Source of the DNA: Azolla caroliniana
Lineage: Eukaryota > Plantae > Polypodiophyta
Direction of reading: 5' to 3'
Assembly: GCA_043228905.1 (NCBI GenBank)
Contig: JBHGNT010000009.1
Coordinates: 7,254,001 to 7,318,000 of the forward strand
Length of the DNA: 64,000 nucleotides
Shown: positions 1 through 13,644 of the stretch, piece after piece
Layout: each line of letters begins with the position of its first letter
Numbering within the stretch: the stretch's first letter is position 1
Made by a program: the position numbers and the translations under genes
Notes under the pieces: generated by a model
Told to the model about the DNA's origin: nothing
The model's database searches: none
What the model saw: only the letters and a program-made list of their open reading frames with translations

Positions 1-730
1 AATGTTTCCCACGAATTAGGTAAGGTCATCAACAATAAGATGGCCTTAAGCTTATCATCAAAGGAAGGTAATCTAAAGTCTCGCAATTGTGAGAGAGTAC
101 CTATAAACGAGATAAGAGCTCAACTACACATTTTGACTCATCAAGTTACATACACACTAGCTTACACATGATACACACTCAATTTACAAGTGTGGTAATT
201 TCATAAGTTACGCTTTCCGCGTCTCCCATAACTAAAACATAGTTGTCAGGCTCTTTAGATCCACTAAGATCTCATTTGGTACAACCATTTTGATGTAAGT
301 GATGGCCTTCTTATTTAGTTTTATCCATTCTAAATCTGTCATATCTTCGGGCTTGACTTTAAAAACTGCCCCTTCACAATCGTTAAGCAGAATGTCTAAA
401 ATTTTCCATCTTTCCATAAATCAAAACACTACCTTCAAATCTCTTTATCTCAAACAAGCTTTTGAATAAGAGGAGCTAGTAGTCATATTTGCCTCAAAAG
501 TTAAAAAACTAATCACCAAAAAAGGTAAAATCACTTTATGTCTTGTGCACGATCACTTAACGAGACAAATTCTTCGCGATTAAACTCTCTAGCTCTGATA
601 CCAGTTGATAGAGATGTGATGGCATGGTCAATTGCTCCAAAACACCAAGGGAGTGGGTTGTTGTGTGAGGAGAGAGAAAGTAGGGAAAATTGTGCAGAAA
701 AATGGAGAGGAAACCCTAACCGTTAAAAGT

Positions 731-3700
731 TGTAAAAACAAATAGGGTGCGGAAGCAATAGAAAACAGAAAACAGAGAACAAGTTTAATGGAGAGCTTAA
801 CAGTACGCGGGAGAGACACAAAGAGAGCAAAACAAGAATCACTACTCAAAAAATTATATCAAGATTCTGTACATAGTATGTGTACAACGAACACTTTTAT
901 ACAAGTCCATACAGACTGACAGAAGTACGGTGTACTTCAATGCTCACTCGAGCCTCTAACACTAACTACGAGAGTATTAACTCCCTCGTAGTCTAGCTAC
1001 TACTAGGCTTCCGGTTACTGAAGGATCCAGCTAACCGGCTCCCCAGCTCACCAACTCTTTTGCTCACCGGGTGCTCACCAGCTCACTGATCTGTCTCGCT
1101 CACCGGCTCAGGCTTGTTCAGCCGATCCGGCTCCAATTGAGCTTGCCCCTCAACACTCCTCCTGAAGCTCAACTTGAGGTCCGGTTGTAGTGTCAACGTC
1201 TGTGGCAACTGGTCCTTCTGCTCGGCTCCTTCTGGCGTCACTCCACCTTGCTCACGCTCCTCGTCCAGTCCGGTTCTGTTTGCCCCGACCCTTCTTGTTT
1301 TGCGCACCTCGACCTCCTCGGTCAGCTTGTCTGCTCAAAAGGCCCAATTCAGCTCCCTCGCTGTTGTGACTTCGGCGCGTGCCGGTTCGCCGATTCCTTC
1401 GTGTTGGCGTTGACTTTCGCTGCCTTCTCGTCCTCTTGGCCTTGAATTGATCCAGTCCTACCGAATCGACTGTCTCTGATTCGTTCCAGCTCTTGTCCAA
1501 ATCGGTCGCTCCCGATTCGAGGCCCTTCACCACATCGAACCATGTCCAGGTCTTGGCCTTGGCCTTCTTCCTTCGGTTAGCTCTGTCCTTCTTGACTCTA
1601 CTGCCACTGCTGCTTGTTCCGACTTGTTCGGATGTGTCGACTTCCTTTGTCGATTTGGCTCCTTTCTTCTTCTTGTCTCTCCCTTTATTGGTTCTTCCCT
1701 CACCGGCGCAATCGGCAGTCTCTTAGCCTTTGCCCGTTCCGGTGTTTTTGCCCGTTCTCCCCCTCTAGTGTGGCACGTCGAGATGCTGAACACCAAGCAT
1801 TTCGGTGAAGTGCTGCAACTTGTCCAATCCGAGTGGTTTGGTGAAGATGTCGGCAACTTGCCGATCCGTGTGAACATACCAAAGTTCGACCTCACTACTC
1901 AGGACACGCTCACGCACGAAGTGATAGTGCACTTCTATGTGCTTTGTGCGACCATGGAATACAGGGTTCTTGGCGAGCTGCAGGCTGCTTATGTTGTCAC
2001 AGTAGATCAGAATCGGGGTCGGTACCTCGATCCGTAGGTCTTGCAGCAGTCGCCAAAGCCAAATGGCTTCACAGGTGGCAACGGTAGCGCCCCGATACTC
2101 AGCCTCAGTGCTCGACAAAGCAACTGTTGGCTGCTTTTTGCTACTCCACGCACTGGTATAACAATTCCCGGTCCTTTGTGCCGCTCACATACCGCAGTAT
2201 TCGGTGTGCACATTGAAGATGCTCTACGGTCAGCTTTTGCATGAATTGGCTAATCACACTGACCGGATAGCTGATGTCGGGTCGGGTGATGGTCAAATAT
2301 ATAAGGCTTCCGACAATTTGTCGGAACCGTTTCTCATCACAGGCCGGTCCGGAGTTGGGATAGAGCTTCTGGTTCCGGTCCAAGGGTGTAGAGACAGGTT
2401 GGCATTCTGTCATGCCGAACTTGTACAGCATATTCAACACATAGTGCCTCTGTGAGAGCAATATGCCGTCGGGGGTTCGGATCACCTCGATCCCAAGAAA
2501 ATAATGAAGATCCCCCAGGTCCTTCATCTCAAACGCATCCAACAACTGGGACTTGACTCGGCTGATTTCATTGAGTCCGGGTCCGGTGATGACCAGATCA
2601 TCAACATACAACAAGCTGCAAACCGGACCGTCCGCACCTTGCCGGATGAACAACGAAGTGTCAGACTTGGAGGCCGCAAACCCCATCTTACGCAACCGGT
2701 GCGTTATCTTCGCGTTCCAAGCTCGAGGGGCTTGCTTAAGGCCATAAAGTGACTTCTACAGCCGGCATACAGCTGACTTGTTCATTTCCGACTGAAAACC
2801 GGAAGGCTGGGTTAGAAAGACCTCTTCTTCTAGATCGCCTTGAAGAAATGCATTCTTCACGTCCATCTGGTGAAGATGCCACTCCCTTGCCGCAGCAACC
2901 GCCAACACCACACGGACCGTCGTCATCTTTGCTACCGGAGCGAAAGTCTTGTCGTAGTCGATTCTGTGGGTCTGCGCATATCCCTTAGCCACTAACTGGG
3001 CCTTGTACCGGTTAACTGAACCATCGGCGTTGTACTTTATCTTGTACACCCACTTACATCCGATCGGTTTACAGTGACGGGGAGGGTCAACCAGGTCCCA
3101 TGTCTCGTTGGCATCAAGTGCCCGCATCTCTTCCTCCATAGTGGCATGCCAATTTGCATCCCTTGCCGCTTCTGCGTAGCTCTCCGGCTCACGCACTTCC
3201 GCCACTTTGGTCATGTACACATAGTGATGCGCCATGTACTCATTGTACCCGTACCTCTTAATAGGTTCCTTCTTGCGGGTTGACCGGCGTAACCCACCGT
3301 TACCCGGTTTGAGGCCCTTCTTGGCCAGTTCGGTCTTCAGTGCCGAAGAACCGTCATTTTCCTTTCAGAAGTCGGATCCGCTCTGATCTGACTCATCATT
3401 ACTGGTTTCATAATCCAGCATCTTCTTCTTCCCTTTCTCTTTGCGCATGAACCGTTTCCTCGGTTCCTTGCGCGGGGAGAGCACGATAGAATCTTCATTA
3501 CTCGCAGGTTCCTCTTCTGGCTGGTCGGATTGACCCAGTCTCTCGTTCGGTCCACTCAACCGAAACAATTCCGGACTCTCTTCTTGAGTCCCAGATTCAT
3601 CATCTTCTATCTCGACCAGTTCACGCTCACTAGCCTCATCCTCCGGTATTGGGTCGAGTTCGGAAGTCGGGGCCAGTAAGGCATACCATGATGCCGTCTC

Positions 3701-6012
3701 ATCAAACTCAACATTGCGGCTAACTCGGACCTGCTTTGTCCGGGGGTTATAACACTTATACCCCTTTTGCTCATGTGAGTAGCCGACGAGGATGCACTTC
3801 TCCGGTTCTTCCTTTCGGCCACACCGTTTTGCTCCGGTGTGTATTTGCAGCTGAACTCTCTCCGAATTCCTGTTTGCTGCAGATAACTGTTGAATTGGCC
3901 GGAAAAATATTCTTTTCCGCCATCTAACCACAGGCACTTGTTCTTCCTCTTTGATTCCCGTTCCACCATGCTCTGGAGGTTCCGGAAACAGTCGAAGACT
4001 TCGCTCTTCCGCTCAATGAGGTAGATCCATGTGTGCCGGCTATAGTCGTCGAAGTATCGACTCCCGCCAAGACTCACGTTCTGTGCCGATCCCCATACAT
4101 CCGAATGAATAAGGTCGACCTTGTTACGGCTACGGTTTTGTTCGGCGAGGGATGGAAGCCGGTGTTGCTTCCCGAGTTCGCGGGCGTCACATAATTGGGC
4201 CTTCCGGCCACTAAACTTCGGCAAACTGAAAACAACTTGTTTTGTCTACAGGTCTTGAAGCCTTCGGTAATTGACGTGGCCAATCTGCTTGTGCCACAGG
4301 TCGATGTCTGATTCGACCTTTTGTCCTTTGGTGAACAAGGCAGTGCAGTCATTGGTGTCAAGGGTGAGGAGTGTCTTCTCCGGTTTCGACAACTCCGGGT
4401 TGTTCCGGTTTCTCCAAGAAGGAGAACCACTCTTTGTGGTTCGTCGTGTGATTTGATGCACCGGAATCAACGTACCACACTTCCTCCAATTTGGAAGTGG
4501 TCTTCTTCATCGAGTTAGCCTCGTGTTTCATCACCAAGACTGGCCTCTTACCGGCCTTCCCGGTTCCGGATCCTTTCGATCCTTGCGCGTAGTGCGAGCT
4601 TTGTCGGTTCTCCCGACCGGTTTTGCCGGATCCAGATCTGTCCAAATCGGCGCGCTTCTTCCATCACTCGCTTTCTCTGTGGCCCTTTTTTCCACAGTAC
4701 CAGCATTCCATGGCGGATTTGTCTTGCCGGTCTCTGGCTCCACCTTGACTCCCCCTACTTGTGGAAGTCCCGAAACTGTTGTCGGCACGGTCTCTGTGCC
4801 GTTGGTCTTGCCCTTGCCGGACGCCTCCATTGCGTGCCGACCCGCCTCGTCCACCACGCCCACGGGGCCGATCTACCTCGTCCACCACGCCCACGGGGCC
4901 GATCTGCCTCTGTGTACAGCATCCGGTTGTCGGTGGGTGCACTTGTTGACGCATCGGCGTGGTTCTCCTCTACAAGGAGCATCGATTGTAAGTCGAAAAA
5001 TGACGGCGTATTCTCCCTCGTACATATAGCTGTTCAGAAAGCTCGGAACTTAGACGCCAGGCCCCCAAGACAGACCTATACCATCTCGTCTTCCTCTACC
5101 GTGACGTTGATAGAGGCAAGCGAGTCACAAATCTCTTTGATTCGGGCCGTGTAATCAGCCACCAACATGTCCTTCTGTCGGACATTGCTCAACTCCTGTC
5201 GGAGTTGCAGCTTCCGGGCTGTGGTGCTTGCGGCGAACACCTTCTTCAGGTTTCCCCAAGCCTCTTTCGGCATCTTGGCATCTCAGACGTGGCTCAGCAG
5301 CTGGTCTCCGACACTGGACGCAAAGTAGTACATCACTCTACTTGTCGATTGTTCCCACACCGGGAAGTCCTTGTGTGCCGCATCAGGTGTTGTGTCGTTA
5401 GCTCCGTCGACATAGCTCTAGTAACCATGCCCAAGCAGGTACTAGTGCACCTTGTATGACCAAGATGCATAGTTAGATCTGTCGAGCTTCTCCACAGGAA
5501 GCGAGCTAGCCATTCCTCTATCCATTGTTTTTTTGGTTCTAGGTTTTCTTCTTGCGAAAGCGTATGTCAGCTACAGAGGTTCTCAACCCTCGCACTCTGA
5601 TACCATGTAAAAACAAATAGCGTGCGGAAGCAATAGAAAACAGAAAACAGAGAACAGGTTTAATGGAGAGCTTAACAGTACGCGGGAGAGACAAAGAGAG
5701 GAGAACAAGAATCACTATTCAAAAAATTATATCAAGACTCTGTACATAGTATGTGTTCAGCAAACACTTTTATACAAGTCCATACGGACTGACAGAAGTA
5801 CGGTGTACTTCAATGCTCACTCAAGCATCTGACACTAGCTACGAGAGTATTAACTCCCTAGTAGTCTAGCTGCTACTAGGCTTCCGGTTACTGAAGGATC
5901 CAGCTCACCGGCTCTTTTGCTCACCGGGTGCTCATCGGCTCACCGATCCGTCTCGCTCACCGGCTCAAGCTTGTTCAGCCGATCTGGCTCCAATTGAGCT
6001 TGCCCCTCAACA
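731..6012 (-). mobile_element. Element B: full-span but defective Ty1/Copia LTR retrotransposon
   Basis: LTRs 731-1155 and 5606-6012 (TGTAAAAAC...CTCAACA). TSD AAAGT at 726-730 and 6013-6017. PBS-Met at 5595-5605 abuts the LTR; PPT at 1156-1163. Confidence 0.95.
1150..5525 (-). pseudogene. Disrupted gag-pol of element B
   Basis: Fragments in Copia order: gag (ARKLQLRQEL, zinc knuckle CWYCGKKGH), protease (WYVDSGASNH), integrase (IHSDVWG, QNGVAERKNR), RT ([15 protein letters not shown]), RNase H (SSTEAEY, RTKHIEV). Contains stops, frameshifts, a 31-bp duplication near 4845-4905 and internal deletions. Confidence 0.93.
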
Positions 6013-6260
6013 AAAGTCTTTACCTCATTATGAGAGATTTGGGACCAATTATTATTGAGAGTAACTTTTAGGTCATTTGTGCATGTTCACATATCCAATG
6101 ATCAAAAGTTATAAAGATCGTAATGTAAACACCTATAGCTCCCCAAATTGGGGCCAAAGATATAGTAAAGATAGGTCTAGAAAGCTCTAGTAGGGAACTT
6201 TCACATAAAAGGGTCAAAATATACAAAAAAGGAAAGTCCTTGGGGCTTTTATTCCCAACA

Positions 6261-6337
6261 TGTATATGTCTATGTCTATGTCTATCTATGTCCTATGTGT
6301 ATGTGTATGAGTATGTGTATGTGTATGTGTATGCGTA

Positions 6338-6408
<71 letters not shown>

Positions 6409-6410
6409 GT
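6261..6410. repeat. Compound hexanucleotide microsatellite (CTATGT)n/(GTATGT)n
   Basis: Directly visible tandem hexamers starting immediately after the LTR end at 6260. Confidence 0.95.
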
Positions 6411-7850
6411 AAAGGTACATACCAATTCACATGTGTCACACAATCTTGTGACTAGATAACAACTTCTTTCACGTTAGAGCATTGTTGAGAATCAATTAGA
6501 TGTGCACCCTTTTACACATGAGGCAAGGAAATAGTGGGTTCCAATCCACCTTCAAACTTACAAAAAGACTACCTAATTTCTTTTAGAGGACAATGGTAAT
6601 AACTCTAAACGTTAACCTTAAAGAGAAAAAGCTTAGTATGGTAATGCATTAATAGACTTAACTTAAACATTAATCACTCATAAATCAAGAGTAATGAATA
6701 TAACTATAAGAAATCACAAAGAAATATTACCAACTAAATCTTTGTGTTTGTCAACCATTAACATGCACTCATCCCACTCAAGCTCATGAAGATGTTACAA
6801 TGATTAAAGAATATTGAAGATATTAGGATAGGCTAATGAAAGAGATTAAGCCACTGAGAGATTTAGGGAGCTCTAGCTTAAGAATAGAGTGAGAGTCCAA
6901 AACCAAGAAGAGGAAGTATAAAAGTTTATACTCTCATTTTTATAGTTCTCTTACAACTAGTTGTTTACAACTTTGGCCTTCTTGATACCTTCTTTTTCAT
7001 AGTTCCTATTCCCTAAGATCTTTTTAGAGAGTCTTAGTGAGAAGCACGTTCTACCTTGTTCTCCAATGGTTGTTGTAAGTCCAAGTGTACCCTCAAAGTG
7101 TAACAATTTATGACCACATATAAAGACACATGTAATCACATCAAACTAGACAAGGAGATGACATTGAGCTCCGTGCACCTCACGGAAACACCTCTATAGA
7201 TTGAAAGAGTTTTGCCTCTCATCGATATCATTAGCCTTGGGCTCAGACTAGCATATTCCCTCTCGGTGGCAAACTGGGCAAAAGTGGTTATCAAACACTT
7301 CTAAGCTACTAACTAACTTAGCTTAAAGGATTAACACTTAATCTCTATCTCTTTCTCTCTTGCTTTACTCTCTCACACACAATGACAAAAACGTGAAGAC
7401 AAAGAAGCTAATTTATTATCAACCACACTCCTTGATACAAAGGGATAAAGCACCATACAAAGAGGGAGAGATTAGGGTTTATCTCACTTAGATCTAAACC
7501 CTAATCTCTCTTAGCTCTAATGAAGTCTTAAGGAGATAGAAGAGGAGCTCTAATACACTAATAGAAGGAGAAATCTCAAGAATGGAGAAGAGCTACAAAA
7601 GTCACCAAATTTTGGTTTTTATAGCTATAGTAGAGTGGAGGCCTTCTTTGCACATTAGGTTGTTCATTGGAGTACATTTCGTCCTATTTCTTTTCTTTTA
7701 TCCCCCTTTTCCTATGGATAGTTGAGCTCTTTGTCCTTTGTTAATGCTACATTCTCCACAACCGTTGTGCTAGGTTCCAGATCCTTAACACTTCCCTGGT
7801 TCAATACCCTCACGATCCCACTCAAGCTTTCACAAACACATGAGAATGTC

Positions 7851-8226
7851 CCAACATCTTTGGTAAACTTAACATGAAACCAAGGTAAAGGAAGATGGTC
7901 AAGATCTCGAATCAATAGAATATTTTGCCCAAATGATGCTAGTGATGATGGAACAAATGTTCCATGAGCAATACAATGTGACTTACCTTAGACCCTAAAA
8001 ATATAGTGGAGACTACTCCCTATTTTGATGGGAGGGATGTCTCCCTTTTCTAAAAATCATATAGGGGAGATCTACAAATGAGAAGAAACTCCCAAATAAG
8101 AAGCTTGATAGATTCGTATGAGTGGTGCCATTAGGTCTACATCTCGCAGCAAAGGACTTCAAACATTTAGCCAAAACTAGGAAAATTTTCAAGCGACACT
8201 AAATGAAGAGTGGTGTTTATGACTCT
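7851..8226 (+). mobile_element. Old relic of the tRNA-Trp-primed Gypsy group (LTR end, eroded PBS, gag fragment)
   Basis: ...cccaaca (ends 7856) + tctt + tggtaaacttaacatgaa (7861-7878), which is the Trp PBS tggtgaacccgacgtgaa with only C>T and G>A changes. Downstream tttgatgggagggatgtctcc translates as FDGRDVS, matching FNGKDVS in G gag. Confidence 0.6.
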
Positions 8227-9299
8227 AACATATTACAAAAAATGAACTTGTGGATTGAAGAGAGTCCTTAGGGAGGGGATGAGTGCAACAACCACATTGT
8301 AGGAGTTCAAAAGGAAGTTTGGGCAGTTGTTCCCTTTTGTTCCTTGAAGCAAGGGATGCAAATAATAGGTGTGACATGGGGACTCTATGAAAAGGTATTG
8401 CAATTACTTCCATTAACGTGTCAATGAGATGATGAGTCCTATTTGGCTCCTATAGCTCTAATAAAGGGAATGACTCAACCTTGTACAAACCCAATCCCTA
8501 TTGAAAAGTTATAAAATGAGAGAGAGAGAGAGAGCTCATTGTTGGGATTTCATTTTTGGGAGACGTGCACATTCTTTATTTTAATAAGTTTTCATGTGTC
8601 AATGAATCATGAGGACATGAGGGCGCGTTGAATCATTAGGATTTTATTCAAGAGGAGATCATATAAGTAAATGGGATGGTTGCCAAAAGTGCATGGAATT
8701 ATGTTGAATAGATGTTGAAGAGGATGAAGCGAAAATTTAAGCCTTTGTTACTTGAATATATCAATTTACACCACTTTTTTTCCAAAAAAGGAGCTACTTT
8801 CCCATTAGTTATGAGAGATTTTTACAGAAAGACTATACAAGTATATAAGGGGGGGATCACCGCCCGGCCGAGTTCAAGAATATGAGACTACATACATATC
8901 CTCTCTTACTTTCTACTTAATGTAAGTAGGTATCTAGAGAGCTATAAACGAGTGGCAATCATCATCGGCCAACACGAGCCCAATCCTCTTTGTCACCCTC
9001 ATTTATTTTCCTCATCGCAAACCTTTCTCTTATTCTCTCTTATCACTATCTTCTTCTTATCTATTGTTCATCTTCCGCCTCCTCACTTCCCACTCTCTTT
9101 TTTTTTTACCAAAAACATTTTCTTCATTAGTAGAAATTCTACATACATGACAAAATGATTAGACTTACAACCTTATAAAGGTTGTAGTCGTGGTAGACCA
9201 ATAAAAACTACAAAGACTCAAAGCATAAAACTACAAAGAACGGTGAACACATACAGGAATCTTCTTTCCATTCATGTGATCATTGGCTTAAACACTAAA

Positions 9300-9790
9300 C
9301 TCTAATGAGAACATTGCAGGAGACTATCTTTCGAATTGGAAGCATATGAAACAGTTCATGTACTTTCTCTAAGACTCCACACTCAGCATATAGATCAAGC
9401 AATGCATTGCCAATAACCTGATCTCTCTTCAACCTGCCCATCTCTTGCATATCCTGTAATGATAACATTGCAGGAGACTATCTTTCGAATTGGAAGCATA
9501 TCAAATAGTTCATGTACTTTCTCTAAGACTCCACACTTAGCATATAGATCAAACAATACATTACCAACAACCTGGTTTCTCTTCAGCTTGCCCATCTCCT
9601 CACTCTTTACATGCATTTCTCTGCCCTTTTCTATTGCTCCAATGCTAGCAACAACTTTAAATATAGTACCTACAAATGTGACAGAAGCTTCAACCCAGTT
9701 CTGAATTAGAAGCATATCCTGTAATGAGAACATTGCAGGAGACTGACTATCTTTTGAATTGGGAGCATATCAAATAGTTCATGTATGTGA
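9300..9790 (-). pseudogene. PLS-class pentatricopeptide repeat (PPR) gene fragment
   Basis: ORF 9395-9733 contains VVGNVLFDLYAKCGVLEKVHELFDMLPIRKIVSCNVIITGYARDG, a classic PLS PPR motif. The segment recurs three times (~9308, ~9465, ~9727) with broken frames. Confidence 0.8.
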
Positions 9791-12700
9791 CTTCACTCCA
9801 GAAATTCGTTGAAGTTGCATCTTCTTTGGAATATACTTCATCAAATACAACAAACACCTGCAAAAGAAAATGCTTCTACTTTCCTTGTCCCCTCATGAAA
9901 GTTTGCTTCAGCCCCCAACAACGTCATCACTCATCCTTATGAAACAAAGAAAAACATGCTTCCTTTTCCCCAACCAACATGTCACTGATTACCACCAACG
10001 TCCACATCAACCATCTCGTTATAGCATAGCAAAACCTATACATACCAAACAAAAACATAATGCCACTACTCTCTTAATCCCCTCATGAAATTTCGCTTCT
10101 TCCCTCGATACCATCACTCATTCTTTACAATTTTCTTCGTTTTCCTCACTTCCCACTCTTTCTCCCTAATGTTATTGCCCACTTCTTCACTTCACTCCAT
10201 CATTGGTTGATTTCTTCCTCCCTCCTCGAGTGGTTTTTTTAAGGCTAGACACCACCCTCATTACAGTGGTTGAGAAGTTTCTGGGCTTTTATAGAAGTTT
10301 TGAGAAGTTTAAATTAGGTGAATCATTCCCTCAAATTACGCATATGGCCTAAGATATATAGGGCCTATATTAATTCATAATTATAAAAATAAACCTTCTT
10401 ACTTTTGGACCAGTTCTTTTTTAAATTTACAAATATGGCCCCAATATTTGAGAGGCCACAACTCACACATTGTTTGCTCCGATGAGTCGTTAACGTATAT
10501 CTGTCACGAACATTTTATAACTATGTATAGCGAGAAAGAGAGAGAGAGAGATTCATATGAATAGAAAAGTAAATAATCTATAGTCTCATTGGTGAAATAT
10601 CAAGAAATGTTTATTAGATAATAACATGTCAAATCAATATTATAGGTCATTCATTACTAATGTTTGTGCTTCGGGAAATGGCATTCAACATGCTTGGTAA
10701 GTTGGGTACCTTCTTTGACTCACAATGGTCTCTTGAAAACGTACTTGGCTTCCTTGGTTTGCCCAAGGCATCCAATAGCACCAAGCTTAAGGTGTCGACA
10801 CACGAGACAATGTAGGTAGTAGAGCACTATTGGTAAAATTACAAGCAAAAGTTGACTATTTTGGGAATGTATATTTCTTCTTTTCCCCCTTCAAAGCTCC
10901 CCATTTATTTGTTTATTGGTTCAACTTATTTAACATTAGCATTCTAACCCAAAATCCTAATTTGAATCCTAAAACAATTATCCATGTGATAGAGTTTCAC
11001 CATTATCACAGGTGCATAGTTTTTTCAAAGGAGCTCTAATCAATGGATCAATTTCGTTGATGCTTTATGACGCTTATTATGGTCTATACTTATAAGTGAG
11101 GGAGGAGGTGCATGGTAGTCATTTGTGAATTTACGCCTTCATGTATTCTTGCACAGTTGGAGGCTTATGTTGCACATTGAAACGACCAATAGCACAAAAG
11201 GAATTCACATAAAATTAATTGGTTTCAAACTAATGAACTTTGCATGTTAATTGTTTAAATGCTTACACAATTAATGAATACCTTAGTTAAACTAATTTGA
11301 TAAATGATATTTATCATCGGTGTATCGTATACATTTGTTGAACCCTAACTAAGACATAAAAACCCATTTTTTGAGAAAACAGAAAGACATAAAAAACCAC
11401 TCTTGACATTTCTCTAAACCGAAGTGTGGCATTCACTACTTCCATCACATTTCCAAATAAAATATGGTGTGACTTGCAATGAGTTTTCATGCATAAAGCT
11501 TCATAATAAAAAAGACATTATTGATTCAAGCGTGTAGTTACACCCACATACATGTGAGTTACCAATAATCTCCGTGCCACTTATTAATATATAAATGGTT
11601 TACATCAATGAGATTTGAAAGCATGAATACGTATAGAGGGAAACTAATCTAATAAATCAACAATAAACACATTCATGGTTATTCTATGGGCAAGTGGTAC
11701 AATTTATAACCATTCAATAACGATGTAATTCTCTTCCAATATCTTCACTTGACATGTCGTAATTCCTAGTTTTGTATAGGTGGAAGAGTTTTGATTATTT
11801 CACAATCAATAAAAGTTTAGAAACAAAGTATAATTCCCAATATGAGTAGCCAATGAACTTCATAATGTAAAAGTGATATTATGAGCAACATGAATCTTAA
11901 ATGTTTCTCCAACAAATGTGACTTCATGAGGCCTTATTTCATGCCAACTATGACTACTGAAACCTTATTCCTACACGAAGCCTTATTTCACCTCAACAAA
12001 CAAATGGCTTTGTACACTGCATGAACTTTGAACACAAACATCACGTCATTATTGTGCATGAAGATGCGTGCACAAAGATCTTACTGTCAAGATATCAACA
12101 ATGGGTAGTTTATTCGAAAAGTTTGGGTAGATAAGAGATTGTTACATGATACATCTTAGTAATTGATTCCTCTTTTTTGGGCATGAAAGTGTAACAAGAA
12201 GGATGTGCATGAAAGCATACAAATACCCTAATGATTTACTCCACAAAAGCTCATTACATTTTTTGTGTGAAAAGCTAAATGTGAAGATTTGTGTCTAGAC
12301 CATTTAAAATTGTTATGTCTAAAAACTCATATATTTCTATGTGAACACCTTTTTTTCCAAAAACAAAACTCCTTTCATTAGTTATAAAATTTACAGCTAA
12401 GAATGTTATATACAAAAGTCCCAAAATAAACGATAATTCTATCTTATGTGGAGGCCCACTAACTCAAGAAAGGGAGAGGACAACCATTGTTGGATGACGG
12501 CTAATCGTTGTATTTCAGCTCCATTAGATCTACCCATGATATCATCGTATTGGCTCTTTAGTGTGGCTACACCTTGATTCTTTGTTAAAACTAATTTACT
12601 TAAATTTATACTAAAAGGAAGTTTAGAGGGGCTTGCACTACATGCACACACACTTTGTTTTAGCAATGCACAATATGTGACTACTGGCAAGTAGCAGGAT

Positions 12701-13644
12701 ACATGTACACACCCACACACATAAGAAATATTTGCAATGTATGAACATTCAATTGTGCTATTACAACTTAAATGTAGGAAACTATGGGTAGGCCTCTGAG
12801 GTATTTTGCTACACACTTGAGAGTCAACACATATTTCATAAGCACTCATTTTAGGTCAAATAAACATGAAAATTAATGGGAAATGGAACAACCCTTTGTT
12901 TCATACTAATTTTAGTTTCGTCTCATCCTCTCCCAACTATTGGATACCTCGGATATAAAGACACCAAGTAGGTATATCTCAAAATTAAAACGGCATAGAG
13001 AGAATAAACTATAAAATGTTAACCATAGCCATTTTAACACTCATCAACACATCACCATTGAAATTTTTGAGGGGCAGGGGGAGGATGAACTTGGGCACAC
13101 CTACACCACTCGGCGTCTCCCTCACTAAAGCAGTAAACCAAAGAATAACCAAATGCCACCAGTATCAGGCTTCAAAGTCACTCGTCATGTAGAATCAATT
13201 AAGAAGATAAGGAAACGTGAGTTACCTTGCCTACAAGCTCTGGAGAAGATACCATTTACATCAAAACCACAGGCCACACCTGCATTGAAACCCTTCAATC
13301 CGTCGCTCCTTTTCAAGAGACTTGGATGGAAATGAAAGTAGTCTCGGCACATAGACATTTGCTTTATATAACATACTACATCGCATAATATCTTTTGTAC
13401 CATGCTCAAACTGTTTTTTTTTCGGTGATTGGGTACACATACCAATTATTGCAATCAATTGTCTCGTGGGCCAAATTTGGTCTTAAAAGACGTTATTATA
13501 TCTTCCAAGTTCCTTTCTTTCTTTAATAAACCCCTTCATGTCACGGTAAAGAACTATGTTATTTGGCATTCTAACTGTAAAGAATTGAGTGTATGATTCA
13601 ATGCAGTGGAATAAAGATGTGTGTGTGTGTGTGCGTATGAGAGA

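Larger units (their letters stand above)
232..6260 (-). mobile_element. Element A: decayed Ty1/Copia 5' end (gag fragment, PBS, 5' LTR split by element B)
   Basis: tRNA-iMet PBS as reverse complement gctctgatacca at 592-603. LTR starts TG at ~606, is interrupted at 730 by B, resumes at 6018 and ends ...attcccaaca at 6260. ORF 232-417 resembles a Copia gag N-terminus (W..LNKKAITYI). Confidence 0.65.

Noticed and set aside
6240-6455. ORF with YV/CV repeats (also the SL/ER ORFs at 16660-16937)
   Set aside because: Translation of microsatellites.
10300-10510. Possible MITE or TIR element
   Set aside because: No convincing pair of inverted termini or TSD found.
12439-12849. 136-aa ORF as a host gene or transposase
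   Set aside because: No recognisable motif; AT-rich context; cannot be supported without a search.
13226-13279. Possible 54-nt minus-strand exon (tgcag|...|gtaact)
   Set aside because: Splice-like signals are present, but no partner exons or recognisable peptide; could be chance.
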